Assembly (NCBI GenBank): GCA_951406725.2
Contig: OX597816.1
Span: 137,888,001-137,952,000 of the forward strand
DNA: 64,000 nucleotides
Reading direction: 5' to 3'
Origin: Octopus vulgaris
Taxonomy: Eukaryota
Shown piece by piece: positions 25,287 through 42,345 of this stretch. A model generated the notes under the pieces. It was not told the origin of the DNA. It did no database searches and saw only the letters and a program-made list of their open reading frames with translations. The position numbers and the translations under genes are program-made. How positions within the stretch are numbered: position 1 is the first letter of the stretch; each line of letters opens with the position of its first letter.

Positions 25287-27780
25287 TCATCCTACACAAG
25301 CCTGACCTTCTAATAATAGCGGTTCTGTGCCATTTTTTACATACCATGCTATGTTGTTTTCTTCTGCTCTAATGCTGTGTTCGCATCCAATAACTCCTCT
25401 TCCCTCTCTTTTTCTTGGTACATACAGTCTGCCTGTATCCCTTTTTGGGTGGAGTGACCCATATTTAGTTAGCAACTTCTTCATCTTTCTGTCTAAGCTG
25501 TTTAGTTCGTCTACTGTCCATGCGATTGCCCCTCCTCCATATCTAAGAAGTTGATAGCTTCGATCTTATTCCGTCCATTTAATTTCGACTTAAGAATCAG
25601 TCTTAGTCGGTGCAAGTACTCCACCTTACATTTTTCTGTCATTTCTTTCTCCATCAATTTATCCATTTTCAAAATCCCCAAGTACTTATAGCCCGTCTCT
25701 TCTATCTGCTTCATAACCTCCCCCGACGGTATCACTAGCCCGTCCATACATTTGATTTTGCCTCTCTTCAAGACTAACACATCATAGTTTCTCAGTCCGA
25801 ACTCCATTCTGATATCAGCACTGAAGGCATACACCGTATCAACGAGGGAACTGACTTGGGATTCCTCTTTACCGTAAAGTTTGCGATCATCCATGAATAA
25901 TAAATGGTTGACGTTTTGCCGGCGGCTTTTGAATACATACCCAGCTTTTGCTTTCCTCAGAATCAGTGTTAGTGGTATCAAGCACAGTACAAAGATCGGT
26001 GGGAACAGGTAGTCCCCTTGGAAGATGCCCCTCCTAATTTCTACTGTCCTGTCAATCTGTCCTCCAATTCGCTATACTTTTTCCAAGCAATCACTTGACA
26101 TTCGATGCAATACCAAATAGGTTCATACATTCCATAATCCAAGAATGTGGGGTCATATCGTACGCCTTAAGATAGTCGATCCATGACATGGCTAAGTTAC
26201 TTTCCCTGCTCTTGCAGTCTCTAAGTACAGTTTTGTCTATCAGGAGTTGATCCTTCGTACCTCTGCACTTACGCTTGCAACCCTTCTGCTCATGTCGCAG
26301 GATTCCATTTTTTCCAGATGTTCGTACATTCACTCTGCGAGTTTTCCAGTCAATAAATTCCGCATAAGTGGCAAACAGGATATCGGCCTGTAATTGTCTA
26401 CCATATTGCCTCTTTCGATGTTTTTCAAGCACAGCACTGTCCCACCCAATGTCAACCACTCTGGTGTTCCTTGGTCGGCATTTAACAAGGTGTTGAGTTA
26501 CGCAGCTATTCGTGCATGACATTCGCCAAATCTTTTGATCCAGTAGCCTTGAACTCCATCTGGTCCCGGGGCCTTCCAGCTGCTCATTTTCTTTTTTTTT
26601 TTTTGCTGATTTCCTTCACTTCCCTAACTGAAATGATTAGTTCTGCCTGTATTGGACAGACTACTGTTTGTTTCAGTTCCTGCAACCATTCAGCATCCTT
26701 CTTGTGCTCCTTGTCTTTGCTTCAGATGTCACTCCAAAACCTTCGACTTTCAATGTTATTTCGTATCAACATTTCATCTGTGCACTCTCCATTTATTTCT
26801 TTATATAATCTCTTCTGATCTACTCTGAATAACCTATTCTGGTGGTAACCCTTTCATTCTTTGGTATCTTACCGTCTTTGCTTTTTTTGCAACGAGGTGA
26901 TGTTTCAGTCCCTCCACTACTACTTTCACTTTTTGGTCTAACACAGAGATTTCCTTCGATAGCATGTCTAACCCAGCCTGGATTCTTCTTTTCCACCATG
27001 GATCTTTTCTTTTGTCACTCTCATTATGTTTCTTTTTCTTGACATCAACACCCACGTTTTCTGCTACAACAATGCTTGCTGCCTTGATCAAATTATTTGT
27101 TCCTGTGATGCTGTTTGTTCTGATGTATTTCAGAATTTTCTTATTTTTCGTTTCATGGTTCAATTTCCAACGATCAACCTTCTTAAGGTTGCAAGTAATG
27201 TGGGTATCTTTCTTCTGTAGTCTTACCTTTATTCTATCGTAGATTGCCTTTTGTTCATCTGTCATGTCACCATTGGTTTTATTGTCTTCTTTTAGATCAT
27301 CTATATGTCTTTCATCAAGTAAGCTACCACTGTTCCTTTCCTGTGCTATGGGATTACTCTTATTAATAAGAAGTGTATTTTCATTGTTATCTCTGCTGCT
27401 ATTTTCCATGACCCGTCTTTTGATAGCTTCGAGCTTTACTTCTGTGAACCAACATTTTTTTCTTATTGCTCTAGCATGATCACATAGTGTCTGAAAAATC
27501 GCTTTTCTCTCCAATGATCATACATACGTTGTCGGTAACCCCTAATTTGAGCACCATTTTCATCTACCGGGCTGCTCAGATAGTAACACTCCATGACCAT
27601 AGCATTAATTTGCTTGCTCCATCTATGCCGTGTGTGGTGGTCCCTTTTTGAATATCAGCAGGCTGGAACTAGACCAGAATCTCTGAGCCTACCGGGTGCA
27701 ACACTGTCACCATCATTGGCTTCAGTTTTATTACAACCGTTATTCACAATATTTTGTTTTTTATTGTCACTCATATAAGG
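25287..27780 (-). mobile_element. decayed Dong/R4-type LINE (N-terminus plus RT)
   Basis: Broken ORFs carry [65 protein letters not shown] and RLYVPRK. Confidence 0.9.
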
Positions 27781-28081
27781 TAGCGATTATCAGTGTTTTT
27801 ATTGTGACACCATCATTAGATATATCATTAATCAGCCCTTGAGGAAGAAGCGGCTCCATTCGTTTCCTTTCATTATTATTATTATTATTATCATCATCAC
27901 TGATATTATTGTTTTTATGCTTAGTAACAGCAGTGGTTGCAGCAACGGCCACAGCAACAGTAGTAGGGGTCGGGGTAGTGATAAGGGTGGTAGTTGGGCC
28001 TCAGGTTCCTGTGCTATCATAATAGTAGTAGTTGTAATATTAATGTAGTGTTAGTAGTATTTAGTATTAACAGCTGCAGCA

Positions 28082-28171
<90 letters not shown>

Positions 28172-28324
28172 TTTTATCATTATCACCATCACCACCACTA
28201 CCATTGGTTGAAAGAATAGTTGGGTGCAGTTTGGTGAATAGATCATATTCTACAGATCTATAAATAGATTCGGTAGATGGTGGGGAGGTTAGCCATAGAG
28301 ACAAAAGACTCTTCTCTCCCTTAG

Positions 28325-28767
28325 GTCAGCAAAGGTCAAATGTGTTTACTACTACCAGTGGATACTGGGAGCGCTGCCTTGCAAAGAAGCAATTCAACCT
28401 GTTATATTTGTAAGTACTGGTAGAAAAAAAAAACAATAATAATTACATACACATACACATATATACTGATATTCACGTCGTTGAATTTTTGAATTTCTGA
28501 ATTCAATTGTGTTGTTGCAATAAAAGGTGTGTTTACATATTTGGGTAATATATTAAAGTTTTAAAGTTTTCTTGAGATGTTAGTTTGTCTGTCCAGTTGG
28601 AGAATACAGTAAGACTTTTGCAATGAAATGGATGTTTACATTTTCGAATTGGACGTGTTCTTCGCTGCTCTGACCTGTCAGCAGCTGAAGACACAGAAGC
28701 ACTATTACAACCCAGCAAGACAACTGGAAAAAATACCTCTAAAAGACTGGAACATCTACAGTTTTCT
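28325..28767 (+). pseudogene. two candidate exons (28325-28409, 28682-28767) of an unidentified gene or pseudogene
   Basis: Splice sites are ctcttctctcccttag|..|gtaagt and tctgacctgtcag|..|gtgagt. The exons join in frame to SAKVKCVYYYQWILGALPCKEAIQPVIF/QLKTQKHYYNPARQLEKIPLKDWNIYSF. Confidence 0.35.
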
Positions 28768-29446
28768 GTGAGTATTTTGAAATAAGTTAAGGAGCTTACA
28801 TACCTACAGCTTTGGACAAACAAGCGAACATCTCAAAAAAATAAAATTAGAAACTTTAATATCTCTAATTTTGTGTGAACATTTTGTCTTCCATTCTTCT
28901 CTAACAGAATATGTAAACATGCCTTTTATTGTAACAACACAATTAAATGCGCAATAAAAAATTAAGGAAGTAAGCACCTGCTAATATATACATACTGCAC
29001 AACTTCAAAAACAGTAAACCACAGCAAAACTTTTAAAAAGAAAAGAAAAATTCCAAAAGAAAAAGAAATTCAGAAATTCAAGAATCCAATAAGGTAAACA
29101 TCTTTTCCTCTTATGAGATATTCCAAAGACTGGAATATCTACAATTTCCTGTGAATATTTTAAATCTCACTCAAAATAAAATAAGTTAGGAAACTTACAT
29201 ACCTACAGCTTTCGATCACGCAAACTATCAGCGTTAAAAAAAAAAAAACATTAATATCTACAACTAATGTGTGACTACTTATCCTTTCCTCTCTCCCTGA
29301 GTATTCGAAAATGTAAATATCATCCTCCTTTTTATTCTAAGAACACTACCATTTCTCTCTGTGCGGTCATACAAAAAACCATATTTAGTAAATCTTAAAA
29401 CTTTACTATCTACAACTGGTTTTCTTTTATTATTATTATTATTATT

Positions 29447-29532
<86 letters not shown>

Positions 29533-29736
29533 GGCGAGCTGGCAGAATTGTTAGCACGCCGGGCAAAATATTTCGCAGCATTTCGTGTGTGTTTACGTTT
29601 TGAGTTCGAATTCTACCGAGGTAGACTTTACTTTTCATCCTTACGGGGTCGATGAATTAAGTGCCAGTCAAGTTCTGGGGTCGATCGAATTTCCTTATCC
29701 TCTAAAATTTCAGGTCTAGTGCCTATAGTAGAAGGA
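29533..29736 (+). mobile_element. SINE family B
   Basis: GGCGAGCTGGCAGAATTGTTAGCACG.. directly after (ATT)n. Confidence 0.8.
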
Positions 29737-30171
29737 TTGTTATCATTGGCAGTAGTAGAGGCCTTCGAAAAGTTTGTAAATGGCTTCATTTTTGCCGACC
29801 AGCCTGCAAGAGAATAAGGGCAACTACAACAACAACGACAACAGCAACAGCAACAAAACATCGCAAAGCCACATCAAATTTATCAACAGCAGAAGAAAAG
29901 CACAACACTGCTTCACGCGACTTGCTCCGTTTTGAACAACTCTGATATGTTCTGTGGAGAATATACGAGAAGACCTTCATTGACACTCTGGTCTGAATCC
30001 TCAAAATACTGTGAAAACAGAGAACGAGGAAGTCGGAAACAATAAGGAATTAACTTTCTAGGGGCATATCTATTCGGTAACAAGCATACCGTAATTAGTG
30101 TGATGCAGTAATTTGTTACAAAAGTCCTTAACAAATACATACACTTACGCGTACAAACATACAAAAGATTA

Positions 30172-30503
30172 AAAGTGGCATCCCGTTGGTTCCGACGACG
30201 AGGGTTCCGGTTGATTCGATCAACGGGGCAGCCTGTTCGTGAAATTAACGTGAAAGTGGTTGAACACTCAACACACACTCGTACTCATAACGTAGTTCTC
30301 AGGGAGATTCAGCATGTAACACTGAATGTGACAAGGCTGGCTCATTGAAAATGCAGGCACAACTCCTTTTTACCAGCTAAGTGGACTGGAGCAATCGAGA
30401 AATAATGTGCCTGGCTCAAAGACACAACATGCTGATGAGAATCGAAATTACGTTCTCACGAGAGTGAGCTCAACATCTCTGACCACTAAGCCACGCACTT
30501 TCA
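30172..30503 (-). mobile_element. SINE family C variant with a different 3' tail
   Basis: Head and body are like 11800-11936. The tail resembles the + strand fragment at 38750-38905. Confidence 0.75.
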
Positions 30504-30830
30504 CTTACGTACGTAGGTATATAAATGCGTACATAAGAATGTAGATAGTCACACACACACATACACGCACACACGCGCGCACACACACTCACACACACAC
30601 AAACACACACAAACACACACACACACATATATATATATATCCACTTCCCCTCATCCTCTCACTCCCACCCTCCTATTACTCCAACACCCTACGCATTCAT
30701 TCCTCCTATCTCTCTCCTCCCACCCTTCCAATGCCTCCACCACACTTCCCACATCTAACTCAAACACCTCCTCCTCACTACAGTCTGTTGTTACCATTCC
30801 TCCTGATCTTCCCCTCTCTGAATAAATACC

Positions 30831-31690
<860 letters not shown>

Positions 31691-31698
31691 ATATATAC

Positions 31699-31771
<73 letters not shown>

Positions 31772-31894
31772 CAGACAGTCTACCAGGACCGGTAGGCTGT
31801 CTGTTGGCTCCGCAGGCCACACCATTTGTTCCATTCCCCTCATGCTCGCGTCATTCTCAACACCACACACACACATACATGCACGCATTTACTT

Positions 31895-32330
31895 AGGCGT
31901 GATTATGTGGTAGGAAGCTTGCTTCCCAGCTGCCTGATTGCGGATTCAGTCGCACTGCATAGCACTTTGGGCAAGTGCCTTCTATTATAGCCTCGGGCCG
32001 ACCAAAGCCGGGCCGACCAAAGCCGACCAAAGCCGGGCCGACCAAAGCCGACCAAAGCCGGGATTTGGTAGACGGAAACTGAAGGAAGCCCGTCTTATAT
32101 TTACATGAATACATATATATGTGTGTGTCTGTGTTTGTTCTCCCATCACCGTTTGACAACTGGTGTCGGTGTGTTTACATCCCCCGTAACTTAGCCGTTT
32201 GGAATCTGAGAATGATAGAATAAGTACTAGGTTTAAAAATAATACGTAGAATTGTTCGACTAAAATCATTCAAGGTGGTCCTCCAACATGGCTGCATTCA
32301 AATGTCCGAAACAATTAAAAGAATAAATGT
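31895..32330 (+). mobile_element. SINE family A with internal tandem expansion of (GG)GCCGACCAAAGCC
   Basis: Five GACCAAAGCC units at ~31995-32060. Confidence 0.8.
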
Positions 32331-32989
32331 ATAAATGAATATACATACATGGAATCCCACCCCCTCCCACATATGCTTTTACCATCTTTAGATTCCTAGC
32401 AACTTTGAATTCTCAGAACTTTTTCTCCTCACTAAATACTCAATACGTTTTAGTCGAATATATATTTATTAACTTTTACAAGGAAAAGTTTGACAGTGGC
32501 TTCCAAGATAAGACTTGCTCGTTTCTCATATTTTGAAAGATACGAATTGTTATGAGTGGCTACAATTTTTCTCAAAAGTTGTTAGTTGTAGGGAATGATA
32601 TGCTTGTTTATTAGTTATGAAGAGCTTGAGATATATGGAGTGCATATTTCAGTGAATATTTGTATAATGGATAATAAAGAACAGAGTCTTAGTGATATAT
32701 TTTTGAATATATATATAATAAACCTTTTTGAATTGTTAGATTGCATGTGTATATACCGATTTTTGTTTGTTTTCTTTTTCGTAGACTTTTTAAATAGAAG
32801 ATTCTAAATCTTGGTTGACATTGAGAAAATTAACTGATTTATTGCAATTGAAAATCTTCCGAGTTTGCAATTCTTTACTAAAGTTTTGAATTTGGGGATT
32901 GAAATTTCATAGAAATAGGCTGTGGAAATAGGTAGTGCTGATAATATACATAGGCCGATGATGTCGCTTATCTCTGGTAAGTCCTCTGT

Positions 32990-33087
<98 letters not shown>

Positions 33088-33818
33088 TTTAATGTACACA
33101 GTACACGGTTACGAGCTACTAACTGTTTCATACATCACAGATATAGTCTAGTCAAGTTTTGATAGCAAGCCTTGGGTCTTCAGGCAATCTAAGGCATACT
33201 GTCCGAAATGTGGAATTTCATTTCGCTTCTCCCTTACAGCATAAAATGTATTACGCTGTATTCATGATTTACTTTTCATGTTTTGATATTTCTGAAATCT
33301 TTTAGTATACGAGAGTATGTTCTCAGAGAAGGTTAGTTTAGCCATTGCCACTAATGTTACGCATTAGTCATATATGTACACTCAATTCAGCTATTTACTT
33401 CACGGTTAAAGTACTCGATCAGGAACCTGTCAGGAGAAGATCCGACATTCGCATACATCGCAAACCGCCACTTTGTCGAAAGAAACAGCTGCAACACGCT
33501 GTAACACACAGTATCGCAGATGTTATGTCATATCTCTAACATCAGATTCGTTTTCGTCAACACAATCCAATCTCGTTTTACAAGTTACCTAGCTTTATAT
33601 AAACCAATCTGTCTGATAAGATCGTCAGCTTTAGAAAACGACAGCAACCGACCAAGTTACTAACCAACGAACCAAAGAATCAACCAACCAACCAACCGGC
33701 CCACCTGCCCTTCATGTAGCCAATTCCATCTTACTGAATACACACACACACACACATACACACATACATGTATATATATGTATGTATATTATATATATAT
33801 ATATATTTGTATATTTAT

Positions 33819-33859
<41 letters not shown>

Positions 33860-33925
33860 CATATATATACATACATATATGTACATTATATATACACACA
33901 CATACATATATATACCATATATATA

Positions 33926-33999
<74 letters not shown>

Positions 34000-34035
34000 C
34001 AGGCACACACACACACACACACACACATACACACA

Positions 34036-34079
<44 letters not shown>

Positions 34080-34679
34080 GGTAACATGAAGTTGAAGATG
34101 AGACTAGCTAGAATGATAAATGTGGAGGAATCTCTACAATGATATATCTGTTTCATGTTGGAAAAGAAATGTTTTCTTCGATTCTTCCTGTGTGATCATA
34201 CGGAAACTTTGACACCCACCTACTCTCTCACTCACTCACTCTCTCTCTCTCTTTCTCTCAAACACACACACACACACACATGCATACACATACACACACA
34301 CGTACATACATACGCGCACACATATACATATACACTCAATGGACGTATCTATGTATCTTTCTATGAGTATGGAGGTGTGATGTGAGTATATAGCTATAAA
34401 TCACTGTTTGAGTCTCCGTAAGACTATCTTTTTTCCTCTCCTCTTTTCTCGCTCTTCCTTCCTCTTTCACCTACCTAACTCGCTATTTGAATACCTATAG
34501 ACATTGTATGTATACATATATATATGTGTGTGTGCCTTTGAATGTGTGTATTTGTGTGTGTGTGTGAGCGTGTGTAAGTATGTATATATATGTATACGTA
34601 TAGGTATATATATACATCACGCACACAAAAACGTATGTATGTATATATATATATATATATATGTTATGCGTACATGTCG

Positions 34680-35066
<387 letters not shown>

Positions 35067-35130
35067 GACCTATATTATATACTTTCAAGTGTACATACTT
35101 ACGTACGTGCGTACGCACACATATATACAT

Positions 35131-35184
<54 letters not shown>

Positions 35185-35567
35185 CATTTATGTATATATA
35201 TATGCATACACGCTCACTCAAACCTACACACATACATACATGCACACACACATACAAACACACGCACACACAAGCACGCATATGTATATACACATGGTTG
35301 AATGAGTGTGCATGTGTGTGTGTGTGTGTGTGTTCGTGTATGTGTATGAGTATCCGTGTTTGCGTGTGTGTGTGTGGTGCTTTTGTATACGTATCTATGT
35401 ATTTATTTACTTATCAATCTTTGTACATTTTCCCGCACATTTTCTCTTCCCTTTTCTATATACTTGTGAATGTGTATTTGCTGGTGTATCTTAATTCATA
35501 TATGTTGGCGTGTGCATAAAATCCTCACCCCCTCTCTCTCTATATATATATATATGTGTGTGTGTGA

Positions 35568-35606
<39 letters not shown>

Positions 35607-35765
35607 CTCTATTTGAGTATATGCATATACATTTTTGCAAACGTGTACTTAATATAGCTTTATATATGTATGGGCATCTAAAAGTCATTCATCTCTCTCT
35701 ACACCTGACATCGACCCACACAGACATTCACACATACACGTGTGTTCGTGCGGTAGGTTATATGC

Positions 35766-35864
<99 letters not shown>

Positions 35865-36065
35865 TATATATGTATGTGTATATGCGTGCGCTAAGTTTTT
35901 ATGTGCGTAAGTGTGTGTTTGAGGGTTTTATATTATAAATGCACATATGTAATGCTATTCTATTACTGTATATCGTATATACACAGATACGTATGTATTC
36001 ACAAGATGTGTATATGTGTGTGTGTTCTGAAATATGTATATACTTTTGCGTGTGTATATATGTTT

Positions 36066-36098
<33 letters not shown>

Positions 36099-37238
36099 GG
36101 AATATATATATATATGTATGTATATGTACATATATATATACACACACACATATATATATATATATATACATATATATATACATACACTCATGCACACACA
36201 CATATATATGTATGTGTGTATATATGTGTCTGTATGCGTGTATATATGTCCATATACATAAATACCCACCGACTCGTGTAGGTTACACACACACACATAT
36301 TTATGTATTTTTGTGTGTTTGTGTCGGTGTTGAGGTATATTTGTGTGTATATGTGTATGTGTACATGTGTATATATATATATATGTCTATAGATGCGTGT
36401 TTGTCCTTCCGAGTGAGTGTGTGTGTGTGTGTGTGTGTACATATGTGCATGTGTGTGTAAACGAAGTTGTAAGAAGAGAGAAACATTTATTTAATGTCTG
36501 GCTTTCTTTGAAGTTGATAAATTGGAAGCGAATGTGCAGCAAGGACGCAAGAGAGCTCACTGTTCTGCTATCAGCTCCTTTCTATCTGACATCAGGGATT
36601 TAGTCTTCGATCGATTCCTAGACACTTCACACCAACTTTACACGCATTATTCTGAAATGCAATCTTATATAATAACCTACTATATTCAGCAAAGCTAGCA
36701 GATTAATTCTGTGAAATGTTCTTATGAACATCTAGCGTTTTGGATTAGGAAAAATGATACTTTCAAGAAGTGTGATTTCTTAAACGAGAGGCAATAAAAA
36801 CGAGAAATATATATATATATATATATTTATAAAAGGTATCACCACCAAAACTATCACCACCACTACCACCACCCCCATCTCCAAGACCACCGCCACCACC
36901 ACTATCACCACCACTATCACCACCACCACCAGCCGCCGCGGTCATCGTCGTCAACATCATCGTCGTCATCATCATCATCATCAGCAGCAGCATCATCATC
37001 ATCAGCAGCATCATCATCATCATCATCATTATCATCATTATCATAATTGTTGTTGTCGTCATCATCATCAACATCAATTGCAACATATATATATATATGG
37101 TAATATATATATGTATATATATTATAGATATACCCCCTTCTCCATATATATATATATGGTATATATATGTCTGTGTGTGTGTGTATTTATATATTTACAT
37201 ATTTCTCTGCTTCTTTCTCCCCCTTCTCTGTATACATG

Positions 37239-37313
<75 letters not shown>

Positions 37314-37389
37314 CTTGGATGTGTGGCGTTCGATAATATAATAATATAAATAAAATATAAATATACGCATATATACATATATGTACATA

Positions 37390-37660
37390 CCTACATATAT
37401 ATGTATATATGCATACAGGACATAAAAAAACGTCAACAAAATGAGAAACAAGAACATAAAAAACAAAACCATAGAAAACGAATTATTTTTCGAACAACGA
37501 AAGAAACAAATAGAGAAACGAAACAGGCAACATAAAGAACATTTCCATCAACAGTTGTCCCCTGTTTTATCTACCCCGCATTGCAAAGATAAGGTCAAGA
37601 CGCGACTTCGTTAAAACAGTTCTTCCCACAAAGCAAATTAAATAAAATTTGGGATTGTTT
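37390..37660. repeat. single-arm copy of the 6982-7563 family
   Basis: Shares TACAGGACA..AATGAGAAAC..TCTAC..AAGCAAAT.AAATAAAATTTG with that element. Confidence 0.65.
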
Positions 37661-37997
37661 GCGGAGGGTGAAAGTGGTAACAGAAACATGACAGTGAGAA
37701 CAAAACAGTAAAAACAAACGGCGAGGGCTGTTACGCCAAGACGATGTGAAGTGGTGAACGCTTGGAAAAACGAGCTTTGAGAAGAGACAGGCAAAAGCAC
37801 GTCTTGTCTTTAGGAAGGAAGTGGAAGAAAGGAAGATGGATATCCGTTGGTCACATGTGAGGAACGAGAGAGCCAAGGAGAAAGAGTGAGAGAGAGAGAG
37901 AGAGAGAAATGGGAGGGGAGAAATATAGGGAAAGGGTTGGAGAGAAAAACAGAAAGGAAGAACAACAAGAGAGGGAAATACATAGAAAGAACAGAGA

Positions 37998-38037
<40 letters not shown>

Positions 38038-38051
38038 TTTATACTGAATTT

Positions 38052-38125
38052 AAATTCAACAAAACCTGTTACTCTGAGTTTCCCGTTGCAACGGGAAACT
38101 CAGAGTAACAGGTTTTGTTGAATTT
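38052..38125. repeat. perfect 74 bp palindrome made of hammerhead 3' halves
   Basis: Centred on TTGCAA (38088/38089). The arms match the 9880-9922 family. Confidence 0.93.
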
Positions 38126-38213
38126 TCTGCTGCTTTAAATAAAGCATATTACTCTACCACTGGTATTTGAGTACTCTTTTTTCCACCTTGTTTCACATTT
38201 ATGTGTTTACTCC

Positions 38214-38291
<78 letters not shown>

Positions 38292-38539
38292 TCGTTTTTG
38301 CATATATCTTTGTTATAGTACCGTTATTTTGATCGCGTGATGTCGTTGTAGTATCGACCACAAATCTGTGTGCCTTGGACTCCATACAATGGTGAAATTA
38401 AAACTTATGTTTATCGATGCTGTCCACAACTGTTTATCCCTCCATCACGAAAACACATGATACGTATCAAAAATTGCCAACTCCAAAAATAAGAAAAGGA
38501 AGGTCGGCACGGCAGGACCGATCCATCACACATTTATCT

Positions 38540-38637
<98 letters not shown>

Positions 38638-38904
38638 TTCTGTGGTGGTTCTGATGTTTCTATTGTATTTAAGTTAGTCAACGTATTGTGACTGTACACC
38701 TGGCAAAAAGACAAAAAATTAATAGTACATATCTGTAATTCAAAGTTCAACCGTGTCAATTTGTGTGTCAGTGCTGAATGTTCCCGCGAACTGCGTTAAG
38801 GGTACGAGTGTCTGTGGAGTGCTCAGCCACTTGCACGTTAATATCACAATTCCATTGATAGGATCAACTGCGGCCCACGTAGCCGTTAACGACGGAGGGC
38901 CAGT

Positions 38905-39290
38905 ATTACTTGTTTCGGTCATTGGACTAAGGCCATGCTGGATATTGCATTGAAAGTTAATAGTCAAACAAATCAATCAGGTACTAGTAATTTTTTTTAA
39001 TCTGGTACTTATTCTACAGTTCTGTTTGGTCGAACGAAATCACGAGCACACGAACAAACCAACATCAGTTGCCATGCAATGGGTAGAGGACATATACACA
39101 CATTCGCATACATACACACATATGTATACAACGCGCTTCCACATAGTTTTCTTCTACTAAATTCGCTCACAAAGAATTAATGGGTTCGGTATTATAGCGA
39201 AAGACATTTAACCAAAGTGCTACACAGAGTAACTGACTTTGAAACTACATGTTATCAAAGCAAGATTTTTAACTTTGCAACCATGCCTGC
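38905..39290 (-). mobile_element. diverged SINE family A
   Basis: Collinear similarity with 1050-1463. Confidence 0.65.
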
Positions 39291-39357
39291 GTCTGTATAT
39301 GTATGTACATATGTATGTATATGTGCGTGTGTATATATCCAGCCTTTCTTGTGTTCC

Positions 39358-39391
39358 TTTCTGTTGAAGAGCGTAGGCTGGAAACGTAAAA
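39358..39391 (+). ncRNA. degenerate minimal hammerhead motif (A6U)
   Basis: UUU-CUGUUGA-ag[AGC GUAG GCU]g-GAAAC-GUA-AAA. Confidence 0.45.
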
Positions 39392-39913
39392 GACTTTCTC
39401 ACCTTCCCGAGCGTTAAAATGATGCACCAGTTTGTTGTTTACACACCTGTCTCCGGCTTTTGTTTTTTGTAAATTCCAACTATGTATGTATGTATGCATG
39501 TATGTATGTATGTATGTATGTATGTATGTATGTATGTATGTGTGTATATGTATATATATATATATATAATCCGTTACCTATACCTGACGAGCTAGGTTCG
39601 TTTTATGAAACCATTAAATTTGAAGTGGCATGGAGCCAATATGTGTATATATTATTATTGCTATTATTTTATTTGCAATGCACTTTTAATTTTACGCTTT
39701 GTTACTGCTGTTTTCAGAAACAATTCAATCGATTTCTATTTCCAGATCTTTAAATTAGGTGAATTTCTCCGATTCCATGAAAAGTATATCAGTTTTTTGG
39801 GGGACCGTTATTTGACATTCGTTGACAACAATACCAAGTCCTCTAGCTTTGGTCTCCCCTTACTGTACAATCCTTTTGTCTTTCAGTAAAACAATTATGT
39901 GTTGTTTTTGTAT

Positions 39914-40110
<197 letters not shown>

Positions 40111-40131
40111 AAGAAGAAGAAGAAGAAGAAG

Positions 40132-40989
<858 letters not shown>

Positions 40990-41009
40990 GTAATAATAAT
41001 AATAATAAC

Positions 41010-41100
41010 ACCAACATGAACTTCCAAATTCTTGTCTCTTGAGGTCTCTGGGTGAGACTTGGAGCCAACTTGTACAAATGTAAACCAAACGTCAAACATA
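41010..41100 (+). mobile_element. ~90 bp 3'-terminal fragment of the Dong/R4 family at 24125
   Basis: Reverse complement of 24125-24217, embedded in (AAT)n. Confidence 0.8.
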
Positions 41101-41129
41101 AAATAATAATAATAATAATAATGATAATA

Positions 41130-41676
41130 ATGCCTGATGCAGTACCAGATAGTAGCTCTCATGGCTTCGGGTCTGAACTGATTGGATGTGTTATCATGTA
41201 TATTGTTTTGTCTTGGTATAAAAAATGTGTTACAGCAAATATTCTGCTCAGTACCACAGATTTGCTTGTCATTTGTTTGACCTTAACCAGTTGAGCATGT
41301 CCCTTAGTGGCTGACGATATGTGCATCTCTGACCAGGAGCAGATGTAGTGGGGAAGCATGTGTTGAGAGGAATTCTTTGGGGTTTGGATAATTAACCTTT
41401 GGAAACATAGGTGTTTTTTTTCATCATCCTTAAATAAACCTAATTCAGGAACCTTTTTAGCGAGATGGGCTACTCAACCTGAAGAAAATTCTGACTGTGA
41501 CCCACCTGCAAGGTCATGCGCTGTTTATCTTGATATGAGATTACTATATCGCGCATTTATGGTTATGATGCATGTGCCTGGTGTACACTTATCAGACGGG
41601 TAGTCATGATGGATATACTGGACTTCGTATATTTTACCCCAGTGTCACTTTGATGGTATGCACTGCTCCCTCACTC

Positions 41677-41677
<1 letters not shown>
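41130..41677. mobile_element. unclassified ~550 bp non-coding element embedded in (AAT)n
   Basis: A complex, higher-GC block bounded on both sides by (AAT)n, with no credible ORF. Confidence 0.5.
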
Positions 41678-41735
<58 letters not shown>

Positions 41736-41764
41736 CAGGAACAATAACAACAATAATAATAATG

Positions 41765-42345
41765 GTTTCATATTTTGGCACCAAGTCAGCATCTTCGGGG
41801 GAAGGATTAACTCGATTACATCGACCTCAGAACTCGACTGGTACTTATTTTGTCGACCGAGAAAGGATGAATTGTAAAGTCGACCTTGGCAGAATGCTAT
41901 GATAATAATAGTTTCAAATTTTGGCACAAGGCCAGCAATTTCGGAGGAAGGTGTAAGTTGATTAAATCGACTCCAGTACTTGACTGATATTTCTTTTATC
42001 GATCCCAGAGGGTAAAAGGAAGGCAAAGTCGACCTTGGGGAATTTGAACTCAGAACGTAAAGACGGACGAAATGCCGCTAAATATACTGCCCGCCGTGCT
42101 AACGATTCTGCCAGCTCGCCGCCTTAACAACAACCACAATAGTCCTTTCTGCTATAGGTAGAAAGCTTGAAATTTTAGGGGCGGTATTAGGTGATTGCAT
42201 CGACCTCAATTGTCAACTGCTATTTATTTTCATCTACACCGAATGGATGAAAGACAAAGTCGACCTCGGTTGAATAAAGAGATGGAGTAAATGCCGCTAA
42301 GCACGTTGTTCGGCGTGCTAACGATTCTATCAGCACACAGCCTTT
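41765..42345 (-). mobile_element. three tandem SINE family B copies
   Basis: Repeated TTTTGGCAC..ATCGAC..AAAGTCGACC units. Confidence 0.8.

Noticed and set aside
31995-32060. Short regularly repeated units (CRISPR-like look)
   Set aside because: There are no unique spacers. It is a slippage expansion inside a SINE, in a eukaryotic context.
39584-39615. CTGACGA..GAAAC motif
   Set aside because: No stem II closure or NUH plus stem I.
41572-41677. Possible HDV-like ribozyme at the element end
   Set aside because: I found only a simple hairpin and could not build the nested double pseudoknot by eye.
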